Shown in pieces: positions 37,085 to 50,767 of a stretch of 64,000 nt of DNA. The notes under the pieces are model-generated. The model searched no databases, was not told where the DNA came from, and saw only the letters and a list, made by a program, of their open reading frames with translations. The stretch is from Squalus acanthias (taxonomy: Eukaryota). The DNA is taken from positions 119,166,001 through 119,230,000 of the forward strand of contig CM059431.1 of the NCBI GenBank assembly GCA_030390025.1, written 5' to 3'. The translations under genes were made by a program, and so were the position numbers. Position 1 is the first letter of the stretch; each line of letters begins with the position of its first letter.

Positions 37085-37975
37085 TAGCAGATAAAGAGAG
37101 AAGAAATGAAATAAAGGCAACAGGAAGAAGGTGATAAAATATAGGAAGACATTAATAAGCTTGCAGAATGGGCGTGTAAATGGCAAATGAATTTCAATAT
37201 AGATAAGTGTGAGGTGGTGGATTTTGGTGGGTAGAATAAGGAGGCCACATACTGCTTGGATAATAAGAGGCTGAATGGCCTAGAGGAGCAAAGGGGTACA
37301 GATACACAAATCACTAAAAGTAGTGACGAAGGTTAATAAGGCCATAAAAAATGCAAACCAAGTACTGGGGTTCATTTCTAGAAGGATAGAACTGAAAATC
37401 AAAGAAGTTATGTTAAACTTGTATTGAACCTTGGTTAGACCACACTTGGGGGACTGTGTACAGTTCTGGTCACCATATTATAAAAAGGATATAGAGGCAT
37501 TGAGGAAGGTGAAAAAAAAGATTCACAAGGATGATACCAGAACTGAGAGGATATACTTATCAGGAAAGTTTGAACAGGATGGGCCTCTTTTCTCCAGAAA
37601 AGGGAAGGGTGAGGGGTGACCTGATAGAGGTCTTTAAGATAATGAAAGGGTTTGATAGGGTAGATGTAAAGAAAATGTTTCCACTTGTGGGGGAGTCCAA
37701 AACTAGAGGTCATAAGTATAAGATAGTCACTAATAAAGCCAATAGGGAATTCAGGAGAAACTTCTTTCCCCAAAGAGTGGTAAGAATGTGGAATGTGCTA
37801 CTACAGGGAATAGTTGAGGCAAATAGCATAGATGCAATTAAGGGGAAGCTAGGTAAGCACGTGAGGGAGAAAGAAACAGCTGATAGGGTTAGATGAAGTA
37901 GGGTGGAAGGAGACTCCTGTGGAGCATAAACACCAGCATAGACCAGTTGGGCTGAATGGCCTGTTTCTGTGCTGA
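37085..37975 (+). mobile_element. CR1 LINE 3' fragment
   Basis: VRPHLGDCVQFWSPY; RGDLIEVFKIMKGFD; FFPQRVVRMWNVL. Confidence 0.9.
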
Positions 37976-38364
37976 CCCTCAATCTAACTCAATGTAAGGC
38001 ACAGTGAGCTGAAAGCTGGATACTTAATATTTCTTTTGACATTTGTTAACACGATTAAACTGCGACATGTCTTCATTTGATGTTGTCTGCCGAGTGTTTC
38101 TGTAGTAGCTGTGGATTGCGGCATGTATATGAATGATGGTCAATGAGACAGCAGTTCTTCATTGGAGGGTAGATAGACTAGCATGACCTTCTGGTCAGGA
38201 AGTGGATGATATGGTGGGAGTTGGGAGAAGGAGCAATGGAGGTTACTGAATTGCTGGTGTACAGCTCTGGCTGCAGATTGATGTTGCTGACAGCCTTCTG
38301 CTGCTGCATCCTCCAGCTCATCAGTTTTCTTATTTTGATGTTGTGAATGATCTTCTTCATCTGT

Positions 38365-39188
38365 GGGAAAATGTGAGGTTATCCACTTTGGTAGGAAGAA
38401 TAGAAAAGCAAAATATTATTTAAATGGAGAGAGACTACAGATTGCTGCGGTACAGAAGGATTTGGGTGTCCTCGTACACGAAACACAAAAAGTTAGCATG
38501 CAGGTACAGCAAGTAATTAGGAAGGCAAATGGAATGTTGGCCTTTATTGCAAGGGGGATTGAGTATAAAAGTAGGGAAGTCTTGCTAGAACTGTACAGGG
38601 CATTGGTGAGACCACACCTAGAGTACTGCGTACAGTTTTGGTCATCTTATTTAAGGAGGGATATACTTGCATTGGCGGGTGTTCAGCGAAGGTTCACTAG
38701 GTTGATTCCTGAGATGAAAGGGTTGTCTTATGAGGAAAGGTTGAGCAGGTTGGGCCTATACTCATTGGCGTTTAGAAGAATGAGAGGTGATCTTATTGAA
38801 ACATATAATATTCTGAGGGGGGCTTGACAGGGTAGATGCAGAGAGGATGTTTCCCCTTGTGGGGGAATCTAGAACTAGGGGGCATAGTTTAAGGATAAGG
38901 CATCGCCCATTTTAGATGGAGATGAGGAGGAATTTCTTCTCTCAGAGGGTTGTGAATCTTTCGAATTCTCTACCCCAGAGAGCTGTGGAGGCTGAGTCAG
39001 TGAATATATTCAAGGCGGAGATAGACAGATTTTTGAAAAACAGGAGAATCAAGGATTATGGGGAGCGGGCAGGAAAGTGGAGTTGAGGCCAAGATCAGAT
39101 CAGCCATGATCTTATTAAATGGAGGAGCAGGCTCGAGGGACCAAATGGCCTACTCCTGCTCCTATTTCTTATGTTCATATGTTCTTAT
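38365..39188 (+). mobile_element. CR1 LINE 3' fragment
   Basis: KCEVIHFGRKN...LYRALVRPHLEYCVQFWS; tail present. Confidence 0.92.
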
Positions 39189-41296
39189 TGCCAACAGCAG
39201 CTCTTCCCCAATGCAGGGCAAATTTAAGCAGGGGGTATCTTCAACACTCTTCCTGGGCTGTACTTTAGGAAACCCCCAGATACATCCAGGGATTATTAAA
39301 AAGCTGTACTGGGCAGAATTCCTGAAGTAGCTCAAACACTCCCTCAAACACACTGCTTTGATATAGCAGATGCAGGCGGAAGATTCATCCTCTCCCTCCC
39401 CACCCCAATCAGAATTTCCTCCACAATTTACACAGGGCGGAATCCCAGCAGAACTGGATTCCTCTCCAAATGTTGGCCTTGGTTGCAAAACATACCACAT
39501 TTGGGCCCTCTCCTGCACCTGGAATTTCAGGGCCTGCTGAATTTTAAGATTGGCAACTGAAACAGCACCTTCTCCCCATTGTGGTTGTGTGCCCAATAAC
39601 AGGATGCAGCACACACCCAGTGCATACCCACTGCATGCAGCACACTTGTACTTGGAAATGGGGGCGGGGGGGGGTTCAGTTGCAATCTGGCAGAATGATA
39701 GCGATGCACTCTGCATGCAGATTACTTGGACACAGTGGGCAGAGGAAAACCAACCCTATGAAGTTATAAAATTGTTTGGTTGTCTTTGCATATATGAATT
39801 ATCAAACAGCTTCTGGAGTGAAACAATCACTAGTGGGATTAGAATAAAGTACTTCAGGTCTGTAAGAAATGTCAAATGATAGCTGTGCCATTTACAGAAA
39901 AGTAAAAGCTACTACTGCTGTGAGCTGAGACACAAACGTGTATGTCATTATCGTTGGCTTTCGAATTTGTTGGATAGCTTGGAAATTATCTTCATGGGAA
40001 ATTCTTGCGTGAAATTTTGAATTGTCAGATATTTCTAATTTTAATAATTCCTCAAAGTGTGAGGGATGAGAGCCTGCTGAATACAATTTATCTTCCTTCT
40101 TCAAACACTTCAAAAAAAAACAAAGATCATTTCAACAAAACAACACAATTGTGTTCTTTAAATAGGATTTGTACTTGGCATCTAAGAGGAAGCTGTCAGC
40201 CTAGAATAGGCTTTCTAAAGAAGCTTAGCTTTTAAAAGGACTAATTATTTTGGATTCATACTGGAAAAGAGAAAAGGGAAAGTGAATGCTTTTCAGCACA
40301 GTGCAATTTATCTGTCTTATCTACTTCAATCCCATCATATCTTAAGCATTTATAAACAGCCAGTACCACTTCTGATTTAGAGGATATGAGGGGACGATTT
40401 CCTCTTTGTGCAGTGTGTAGTATAATTATAAATGTATTCTTTACAAATAGTCTTTACACAAAGCTCACTGAAGAAATCTTACCCCATGGTTGCAAATTTT
40501 AAAAGTTACAGCACATGGAAGGCTCAAGAAGAGAAGCACTGAATTACAATTAGGTTAAGATAAATTAAAATTAGGGGGGTAGAATATCCTTGGGGGTTCT
40601 CTAATCTCCCGCCATAACTTTGGTGGAAGATTGGCGGAAACCACAGAGTAAGATTGGAAATGCTGCTTATGCACCAAGGCTACAATGGACGATTGGGAGA
40701 ACCTCCGTGAAAATTTCAGACACGATTCCATCTTATAATATGGGAGAAGAATTGCTCTATTCATTATATGCAGCAATATTGTAAGTATAAGAATTGTGTC
40801 CCCCTTTATTATGTGGACCTCCTAGGTATGCAATGGAGGGGCTTCCTTCAGCCCATATGTGAAGCCCAGGAGTAAGTTGTGAGATGGAACTGTAGCAAAA
40901 GGGTAAATAGTTGAAAGGAGGGAGGGTTGGAACTCAGAACTTTGGAAGGAAAGTCAGCCTCACAGTGGGTTTTTCTAAAGCCCCTCACATGAGAACCTAG
41001 AATAAGCAGTTGGTGATGAGTGAGCCTGGTATGCAGCAGTGGACTTGAGCGTTTAGAACATCAAAGTGGGCGGCTGTTTTCAAGGCACCCTATGTAGGTC
41101 CTCCCACCACAATGAAGGCAGATCTCCATCATATGGCTTGTATTCTTCCCAGTCAATGCTCCAGAAAATAGGATGGTCCTAACTGGACAAGCAGAAGGAG
41201 CTTATCAATACTCTGTACTATTAACCTGTGTTGTTCCCCGCACAGTTGGGCAACCCCAAACCTTTCCCAACCTGTGCCTGAGTTTTCTAGAGTTAT

Positions 41297-41733
41297 GGGC
41301 AACACGGTGGCATAGTGGTTAGCACTGGTGCCTCACAGCGCCAGAGACCCGGGTTCGAATCTGACCTCGGGTGACTGTCTGTGTGGAGTTTGCACATTCT
41401 CCCCGTGTCTGCGTGGGTTTCCTCCGGGTGCTCCGGTTTCCTCCCACAGTCCAAAAATGTGTGGGTTAGGTTGATTTGGCTATGATAAATTGACCCTTAG
41501 TGTTAGGGGGGATTAAATATGTAGGGTTATGGGGGATAGGATGGGATATGTTAGGGGGAATTAAATACGTGGGGTTACGGGGGTAGGGTGGGATATGTGT
41601 ACTGTGGGGATTAAAGCAGGGACAGGGTACTGGATTTGGATGATCAGCCATGATCGTATTGAATGGCGGAGCAGGCTCGACGGGCCGAATGGCCTACTCC
41701 TGCTCCTAGATTCTATGTTTCTATGTTTCTATG
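41297..41733 (+). mobile_element. HE1-like V-SINE, full length
   Basis: Near-identical to 22640-23066. Confidence 0.92.
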
Positions 41734-43116
41734 CAAGTGGAGTGTGTCTCTAATATGGAGAGAGTGCATTCCATAGCCCAATCAGTATTCCCGCACTCTC
41801 TTTCTCTATCCCAGTCTATATTCTCCCTCACTGTCTCTTTCTCCCCCCCAGTCTGTATTTTCACCGCACCTCTTATGAGTGCACCAGCCAGGCCACTAGT
41901 CCGACTGGCAATGGATCTATTTGGCCACTGATTGGCGAGAATGCAGGTTGTATGGTTACAATCAGATATTGGAAATGCTGAGTTAGTCCCCTCCACTCTA
42001 ACAGCCAAGGTGTCTATGACCACAGTCATAGCTGCTATTTCGGTCTTCTTCTGTTGTGGGGAGCTTGGCTGCAGATTATCCTTCCCCATTCTCCAGAGAT
42101 GCCATGTTCTGCTTGCACCTGGATTTGATGCTCGGCAGAAATTCTTTTTTTAAATACTGGACTTATGAAGTTTGGGCCTATGGCTCATCCGCTGATTGCA
42201 GGCATCCCTCTGGAATACAAAGGCTGCCTTTTCCTCTGCGGCTCTAAGTTCTTTCTTGTCACATGCTAAGTGCATCACAATGTGATCATGCCTCATTCAG
42301 AGGGGCTAATCTCTCTCAGGAGGGCAACTCTGAGCCAGAGTTTGCAAAGGTGAGATGGGTGAAGTTGGGCTGAAGCTGCGGGCACTGGGAGGGCACAAAA
42401 ATCGGTAGCATGACACATGAAAATTGATCCCTTGTTCTGTTACATCCTATCCATGCGTTCCTTCCCTTTCTATCCACCGGTCCATGAGAGCCCAGGAAGT
42501 TCCATTGACCACTTGCTGCAACTCCTCTGCTGCAGTGGGGCCCTCACACAAGAAGTCACCAGCGCCTGCCTTAGCATCTTGTCATTCCATCTAATTCTGG
42601 CAAGCACCAGCACAGCGCCATTCACCGTGGGGGATTTAGAAAGTCAGCTAGAGGGTAGCACACTGGATGATACACAGAGCACAAATGATTAGAAGCCAGT
42701 GAAGGAGGAGCAGGAAGCATCTCCATCCACAGCTAGAGAGACCAGGGATCCTTATCTCCAGGACCCACCGAAGAAAAGCATTCTTTTTGAGCATGAGAGT
42801 TTGTCAGAGTCATTGGGGGTGTATGCCAAGTAGCTTCTGACACTGGCCATCAGGGGAACCATCACACCTCTATTTTTAGGTGGACAGCAAAGCTTCTTTC
42901 CAACAGCACTGTAGTTCAAAGGCTTTCTAACTCTTCTGATTACAACATGTGCTGTCAATTCCCCTCACAAGTCTTAGCTACATGCAGCATTTTTAAAAAT
43001 TCTTTCTTTCCTTAAAATGTGTTCTCCTGGTACATCTAAAATGGAGCTACCTAATGTTATTTGGGAGAAATCCTCCACATGCTAGACTTCACCTAGTGTA
43101 CTCAATCTTATTTCAG

Positions 43117-43640
43117 GAGAAATTAGTGCCTAATGCTCGGGAAAGACTGATGATGGCAGGTGGCATAAATGATATAAAAGAGCCAACTTGCTAAGAGGAG
43201 AAGGCCGTCAAGCTGCTGGGCAGACACTTTAGCAGTGGGAGATAACAAGATCAATGGGCCTGTGCAAGCTACAAAGTTAATGGGGGCAAATCTTAATAGT
43301 CACTAGGAGAAATTCTGACCTTTCACTATCTCCTCAATTTCTCTGGGTGCTGCACACTTACTCTTAGCTCATGTCCGCTTTTCTTACTGATCCATCATAG
43401 CAACTGGGACAAAGGTGGATGGCCTCAAGGATGAAGATGATGATGAGGAGGAGGGCAGTAATTTCTTCCTCATAGATTATGATGATGAGGAGGAAGATGA
43501 TGATGGTGAAGAAAACCCAGAGTTTCTAGAACCACATCCTGTCCCATCGACCTCAGTCAAACCTCTCTCTAATTCATCCCTTGCATCACAATCCCGTCCA
43601 GCAGCTCAAATACTTTCACCTGGGGAATGTAGATAGCGTA
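43117..43640 (+). pseudogene. Old Harbinger Myb-gene exons 2-3 remnant
   Basis: tttcag|EKLVPNARERLMMAGG... parallels EKRAHNKRERERTRGG; acidic next exon at ~43400. Confidence 0.5.
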
Positions 43641-43859
43641 AGTGAGGAAGTGACACGGGGTGACTCAGACAGCATGAGGAAGCTCAGTTTTTCGTAGGGC
43701 TCATAACTTCTTGAAAGGTGTGGTGGGGCAAAGTTGAACGGTTAATTACTGAGGCTCTAAGCTAATTTCAGCATTGAGAGATTGGAGTTGTCAGGAAGGC
43801 TGTGGATATATCGTGATAGTAGTGGTGACAAGGGTGGATCTTTAATCAGATGAGAAAGC

Positions 43860-44720
43860 ATCATTAATTTTCTGCCTCTGAATCTACCTTGGAGTAATGC
43901 TCTGAGTTTCCATTCCATGCTCCTCTGACTCTAAAGCAACTGGAGGCACCTTTTTTGGCATCTCCATTTCCAGCCCTTTCTGAATCGCAAAGTTGTGAAG
44001 GGAACAACAAATAACCAGAATGTGGGGGACTCACACAGCATATTGCAGTGCCCCTTCTGATCTGTCCAAGGCAGTGAAGCCTACCCTTCAGGTCCCCTTT
44101 ACAGTTTTCTATATCCAACTTGAGCTGATAAATGGCCCTCATTGTTGCAACGTTCTCCTTGTGTTCAATGTCCACAGCAGCAAGGGTTAATCCATACCAC
44201 TCAAAAACCATTAAGAACTTTGAATTGATTAAAGGCTAGAATTCCTCAGCACACAGATATGATGGTAACAGCTGGGTGTAAATTTGGCCTTCACATGAAG
44301 AACTCTTTGCAGCTGGTAACAGACAAATTGTAACTTAAAAAAGTGGTATCCTTTTCTGTTGAGAAATTGTAAAGGGTTAACTGTTGGAGCTCTTGGGACC
44401 ATATGAATATCATCAATGGCACCCAGACTTAGGGGTAACGTGCAACAGGATAAAACTATATGGCCCTATCACACAGTTGCTTTGGAGTCATCTCAAAGCA
44501 AATTAATTCACAGCTATTCTGAAGATTATATCTGTGATTTAGTCGAATGCATGCCCAGCAGGCACCACCTGGGATATTGCACAGGTCCCCCGTTGCAGCT
44601 TGAAAGACATCTGGGGAGAAAAAATTGATAATTGTGCTGACTTTGACAGTCACTGGCATAGTATTCCAACTGATGATCTGGGCTGATGATCTTTCAGAAG
44701 CTGACAAGAGTTCATCTCGA
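43860..44720 (-). pseudogene. Old Harbinger transposase remnant
   Basis: Minus-strand GAIDDIHM...FLNRKGYH and CL(G)DRS..ALQY-like segments; convergent with the Myb remnant. Confidence 0.6.
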
Positions 44721-44751
44721 AAAGCTATATACGGCGGCTGCTGTAAATCTG

Positions 44752-46630
44752 AAAGAAAAGCAGAAAATGCTGGAATTATACAGCGGGTCAGGCAGCATCT
44801 GTGGAGAGAGAGAAACAGAGATAACGTTTCAGGTCGATGACCTTTCATCGTTCTGACAAAAGGTCATCGATCTGAAACGTTAACTTTTTAAAAATTCGTT
44901 CCTGGGATGTGAGCGTCGCTGGCAAGGCCAGCATTTATTGCCCATCCCTAATTGCCCTCGAGAAGGTGGTGGTGAGTCGCCTTCTTGAACCGCTGCAGTC
45001 CGTGTGGTGAAGGTACTCCCACCGTGCTGTTAGGGAGGGAGTTCCAGGATTTTGACCCAGCGACTATGAAGGAATGGCGATATATTTCCAAATCAGAAAG
45101 GTGTGTGACTTGGAGGGGAACTTGGAGATGATGGTGTTTCCATGCGCCTGCTGCCCTTGTCCTTCTAGGTGGTAGAGGTCGTAGGTTTGGGAGGTGCTGT
45201 CTAAGAAGCCTTTGTGAGTTGCTGCAGTGCATCTTGTACATGGTACACCCTGCAGACACGGTGCGCCGGTGGTGGAGGGATTGAATGTTTAAGGTGCTGG
45301 ATGTGGTGTCAATCAAGCGGGCTGCTTTGTCCTGGATGTTGTCAAGTTTCTTGAGTGTTGTTGGAGCTGCACTCATCCAGGCATGTGGAGAGTATTCCAT
45401 CACACTCCTGACTTGTTCCTTGTAGATGGTGGAAAGGCTTTGGGGAGTCAGGAGGTGAGACACTCGCTGCAGAATACCCAGCCTCTGACCTGCTCTTGCA
45501 GCCACAGTATTTATGCAGCTGGTCCAGTTAAGTTTCTGGTCAACGGTGATCCCCAGGATGTTGATGGTGGGGGATTTGGCGATGGTAATGCCATTGAATT
45601 GAAGGGGTGGTGGCTAGACTCTCGCTTGTTGGAGACAGTCATTGCCTGGCACTTATGCAGCACGATTGTTACTTGCCACTTATCAGCCCAAGCCTGAATG
45701 TCGTCCAGGTCTTGGTGAATGCGGGCATGGACTGCTTCATTATCTGAGGAGTAGCGAATGGAACTGAATACTGTGCAATTATCAGCAAACATTCCCACTT
45801 CTGACCTTATGATGGAGCGAAGTTCATTGATGAAGCAGCTGAAGATGGTTGGGCCTAGGACGCTGCCCTGAGGAACTCCTGCAGCGTTGTCCTGGAGCTG
45901 AGATGATTGGCTTCCAACAACCACAACCATCTTTCTTTGTACTAGGTATGACTCCAGCCAGTGGAGAGTTTTCCCCCCCGATTCCCATTGACTTCAATAT
46001 TACTCGTGCTCCTTGATGCCACACTCAGTCAAATGCTGCCTTGATGTCAAGGGCAGTCACTCTCACCTTACCTCTTGAATTCAGCTCTTTTGTCCATGTT
46101 TGTACCAAGGCTGTGATGAGGTCAGGAGCCAAGTGGTCCTGGTGGAACCCTAACTGAGCATTGGTGAGTAGGTTATTGGTGAGTAAGTGCTGCTTGATAG
46201 CACTGTCAATGACACCTTCCATCATTTTGCTGATGATTGAGACTAGACTGATAGGGTGGTAACTGGCCGGATTGGATTTGTCCTGCTTTTTGTGGACAGG
46301 ACATACCTGGGCAGTTTTCAACATTGATGGGTAGATGCCAGTGTTGTAGCTGTACTGGAACAGTTGGCTAGAGGCATGGCTAGTTCTGGAGCACAAGTCT
46401 TCAGCACGACAGCCGGGATGTTGTCGGGGTTTTAGCCTTTGCTGTATCCAGTGCGCTCAGCCATTTTTTCTTGATATCTTGTGGAGTGAATCGAATTGGC
46501 TGAAAGCTGGCTTCTGTGATGCTTCATCCACTCGGCACTTCTGGATGAAGATGGCTGAAAACTCTGTTTCTCTCTCCACAGATGCAGCCTGACCTGCTGA
46601 GTATTTCCAGCATTTTCTGTTTTTTTATTA
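44752..46630. repeat. Palindromic Penelope-like relic split by a LINE
   Basis: 44752-44850 is inversely repeated by 44851-44884 plus 46560-46630. Confidence 0.65.
44885..46558 (-). mobile_element. CR1-group (L2/Crack-like) LINE, RT region to 3' end, frameshifted
   Basis: YHPISLVSIISK, ALDIKAAFD, GVPQGSVLGP, FADN. Confidence 0.92.
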
Positions 46631-48414
46631 AGAGTTCATCTATGTCCTTTCTAGTGAAACTTATTCTTCTTACACAATACTCCTACATACTCTTTGCATG
46701 TGCTAATATCTGGTTTGATTCATCCTCCTTAACTGCGGTTACACACTCCTTAGCTCCATTCTGATTTCCCCCTCCATTATTAATATAAGATCAACCCCCA
46801 TAGAGAGACCCATGCGTCTAAGTTTAAAAAAAAAAGATTTCTCAGACATAGCACTTGTAACTGGAGGTATCCTCAGAACTCCCTTCACCTAAGTGGCATA
46901 CAATGCAGCACTTCTGCCAGGATCAGCTGATTCTAGCAACTCCGTTGCTTCTGTAATGAGTGTTAGCTGCACTGGTTGATAAAACTAGAAACATCAACCA
47001 ATAATTTGCATATTATTTAAATGACTTTGCATTTGAAGGGTCAAGTGGAGTAAATGGTCCCCCAACCTTACTGGGAAATATGGCGAACCGAAAACATGGC
47101 AGAAACCCGGCGGAAACCATTTTCTCCCCAAATTGTGGCTGTGAAAAAGCCATTTTTCCATAATTACACATCTGGGTCCCTATAGTTAACAAATAAATTC
47201 AGGACCTTTGTTTTTTCAATATCTTGGTTGAAGCGGAATGAATGAGGACAGAAAAATAAAAGCATTTGGGCAATGATCTATAATGATCCAATAATAACCT
47301 AATTTTATCACTTAAGTTTTGATTATCTTCATAATTTTTCTATTTGCTTAACACTGGACTCCTACTCTAGCCCTGTCCTCATAGGTCATACTGCAAAGAT
47401 GTTACAGCAAATGTCTTTTACAGAAAGGATGTTTTATAGGTTTTTCTTATAAAAAGCAATCAATAATCAACATATATTCACTAGAAGTTTCCTCAAGGGT
47501 TCTCCTGATTGGTTGCTGTAACTTTGGTGGAAGATTGGAGGAAATCCTGTTAACATGGTGAATGAGGGGGTTCCCGCCAAAGTTACAGTGGCCGATCGGG
47601 AGTAACCCCAAGGAAGATCCCAGCAATAATGTCAGAGTTGGCAGAGAGTGATTGTCATGGTAATAATTAACATCCCAGCATGTTTTATTAGGAGACAGAG
47701 GGATGATGAAAGCATGATACAGAGGCTAAATGATTTATCTAGTTTGCTATCCTCTATTTCAGCATAAAACGCCATAAGTGGATAAGCATCCTTTCAAGAA
47801 TTCAAGCTTTTAATGCGTAAAACATGAAATGAGAACAGCCATTCGACCCATTGAGCTTGCTCCTTCCACACTCTATTTTAAAGTGGATGCTACTCCACCC
47901 TTGTAATCTTCTGAAGGAATGTTTTGCATCAGTACTCCGAGATCCCCAAAGGTGATCATAGAAACTCCAGTTTATCTATCCAGAAATATCTCTTATTCAG
48001 GCCTGATCAACTATCCTCCACAGATACCACTCTTTCCTGAGCACAGAAACACATTGTGGGCCAGCCAGTGTTTGATTGTTTCAATCATTACTGATCCCTA
48101 TAGTTTTCAAACCCATTCCCATCTGATATTTGAAGGAATTAAACAACACAGCTTCAACTGTAATAAAAACTGAAAATTCTGGAAACACTCGTAGGTCAGG
48201 CAGCACTTGTGGAGAGAGAAGCCGAGTTGATGGGCGGAATTTTCATTATCAGGGTGATTCGGGTGTGGGCAGTCGGCATAGCAGCTCAGAACCCTGTTCT
48301 TGTTTTCATTCCGCTCCTAAGAGCGACTTTCCCTTAATGGCGCCTATTAAGGCATGCCTGCGCCTGCTGGGCCCTATTAAATGGTGCGGGTCTGATGGCA
48401 TCATCGATGACTCA

Positions 48415-50455
48415 TTTCCAGGCTGTGCCCAGGTTCTTAGATGACTCCCTACATATACTTGTAGAGGGAGTCAGAGCATACAAGGAGGTCCTCTTCCCTG
48501 CTGATGGGCGGAAGAGACCTCCATGGGAGACTAAAAGAGCCTGGCTGCAAATTGCAGAGGAGGTGAACAGCAGGGATGTGGTGAGGAGGACCTGGATGCA
48601 GTGCAGGAAGCATCAGGACAGTGGGGGGTTGCTCCTGATGCTTCCTGCACTGCATCCAGGTCCTCATCACCACATCCCTAAGCGCACCCAGCACCAGCGC
48701 AGATACGCACACCTCAGTGGGTCCTACGTGAGATAGAATAGTGTTGTCACCTGGTGTCTCACAAGTCACAAGTGGGCAAGAGGAGATGGTGAAGACAGGG
48801 ACAGCAGTGGGGACTCCTCGCTGGAGGGTGCAGGACGCTCCCAGCTCTGCTCAGCTGCATGCAAATGCTGAGCCTCGGGGGCAAAGCCACACTCACCGTC
48901 ATCCTGCTGTGCCTGTCACCACATCCCCATCAATCTGCCTTCCCAAGCCTGCTCCTGCAAATCATTGCTCATACCAACATACCTTACACGTCCACGCATC
49001 CCTCTCGCTCTATCTACATACTCACATCCCCCGCTGACTAACCACCCCTCACACTCACCCTCATCTAATGCAATCATACCAACTAACAACATAAAGGAGG
49101 CCACTTTGCATTGGCACTTTGGCATTGGTGCCACACTCCCTCATAGTCAACATCTACAGATGTAACCCACACATTCCTTACACTCATGCCATCACTCTCA
49201 CTCAAACATCTCTTCTTTTCCTCCTTGTAGGAGAAGAGAGCCCACAATAAGAGGGAGAGGGAGAGAACCAGAGGTGGCCCTCCATCATTCGCAAAGTTGA
49301 CAGCAGAAGAGGATGTCACCCTGGAGGTCTCAGGAGTTGCAGAGCAGCTGACAGTCACATGGCATACAGCAGTCACTCATATGGGGACTGATGTCAGCAG
49401 CCAGTGAATGTTCATCATGTGCATAATGGTATCGTTACCCATTCTTGATAGTACATTTCTAAATCATCTCTTTACTCTCCCACAGGTTCATCAGGAGCAC
49501 CCCCCACTGTCCAGGCAGAAGAGGAAGACACCTCCTCAGAGGAGCCTGCAGCCTCAGAGGGCGCACCGTCACCAGACCTAAGTGCACCCAGCACCAGCGC
49601 AGATACACACACCTTGGTGGGGCCTACGTGAGATAGAGTAGTGTTGTCACCTGGTGTCTCACAACTCACAAGTGAGCAAGAGGAGATGGTGGAGACAGGG
49701 ACAGCAGTGGAGACTCCTCGCCAGAGGGCGCAGGATGCTCCCAGCTCTGCTCAGCTGCATGCAGACGCTGAGCCTCGGGGACCATCCAGAAAGAGGACGA
49801 TCCTGGAGATGCAGGAAGAAGTGCAGGAGGCTTTGACAGGTTTTGCGACTGCGATGTCTGGAAATGTGCAGAGAATGGAGGAGTCCATCTCCAACATGAG
49901 AACCACCGTGTCACAGGCAATGGCGATTGTAGGCTCTTCCATGGAAAGGATGGCAACCTGCATGGAGCAGCTAATGCGCCACTCACAGGAGCACATGGTC
50001 TCTATGGAGAATAGATGGCAGAGGCCCATAGACCTCCTCTCTGCGAGGGTTGTCAAATTTGACTTGGTTCCTCATGGCCCCACTGCTGTGCAGCAAAGTG
50101 CTCTCCAGCTCCTTGCTAGCAGGGAAGTGCGTGTGGCCCATGAGAGGGATGATGGTGAGAGGGGACATGGAAGTGGGGGCTCCTCTCAAAGCGCACACAC
50201 TTCTCCCCTGTTGTCTCCCCCTCAGTCAGAGCCCCAGATGCCTCATTGGATCGCGATGGCCGAGTCTCCCCCTGCACAGTCGCAAGAGGAGCAAACTTTG
50301 GCGGGGCCATCAGAGGCTCCAAACCCAGAGGACGTCCGCCAAAAGTGTCTATGCAGTCGCAGCAGGGAAGTGAGCAGCCTGCCTCTACCTCTGCTGACAC
50401 CACAGGGGTTGCGCCTCTTGGAAGCGCACGGAAACGAAAAATGACACACAAGTAG
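48415..50455 (+). pseudogene. Harbinger Myb/SANT-like DNA-binding protein, 3 exons, rearranged
   Basis: PRFLDDSLHILVEGV...AWLQIAEEVNS...RTWMQCRK; exon 2 at 49231 (ttgtag|EKRAHN); exon 3 at 49486; C-terminal PRGRPPK and RKRK. Confidence 0.85.
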
Positions 50456-50767
50456 ATGCAGAAGGGTAAGCACTTGGGTGTATAAAGAACTGTTTCTTTT
50501 AAGGTTCCCTTACTCTTATGTCATATATAAAACTATTTATTTTCACCACTTTCCAGTCATGCCCATTTTTGTCTGATACTTTTGGAAGTGGCCTAGTGAG
50601 TTGGAGTGAATGGTGAGACATAACGTTACCTCCAGCAATGGGGGTCAGTGTGAAAGGAATGTTTTGGTCATTGTAGGGATGCTTTATGGTGTTGTTGGCA
50701 GGGGGGGCGGGGGGGGAGGGTGTACCTGGCAAATCATGTGGCGGCCATATGGGTGTAATGCAGAAAG

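Noticed and set aside
43415..43636. Acidic ORF as a host protein exon
   Set aside because: Lies just after a Myb exon-2 remnant and faces a transposase remnant, so it is likely transposon-derived
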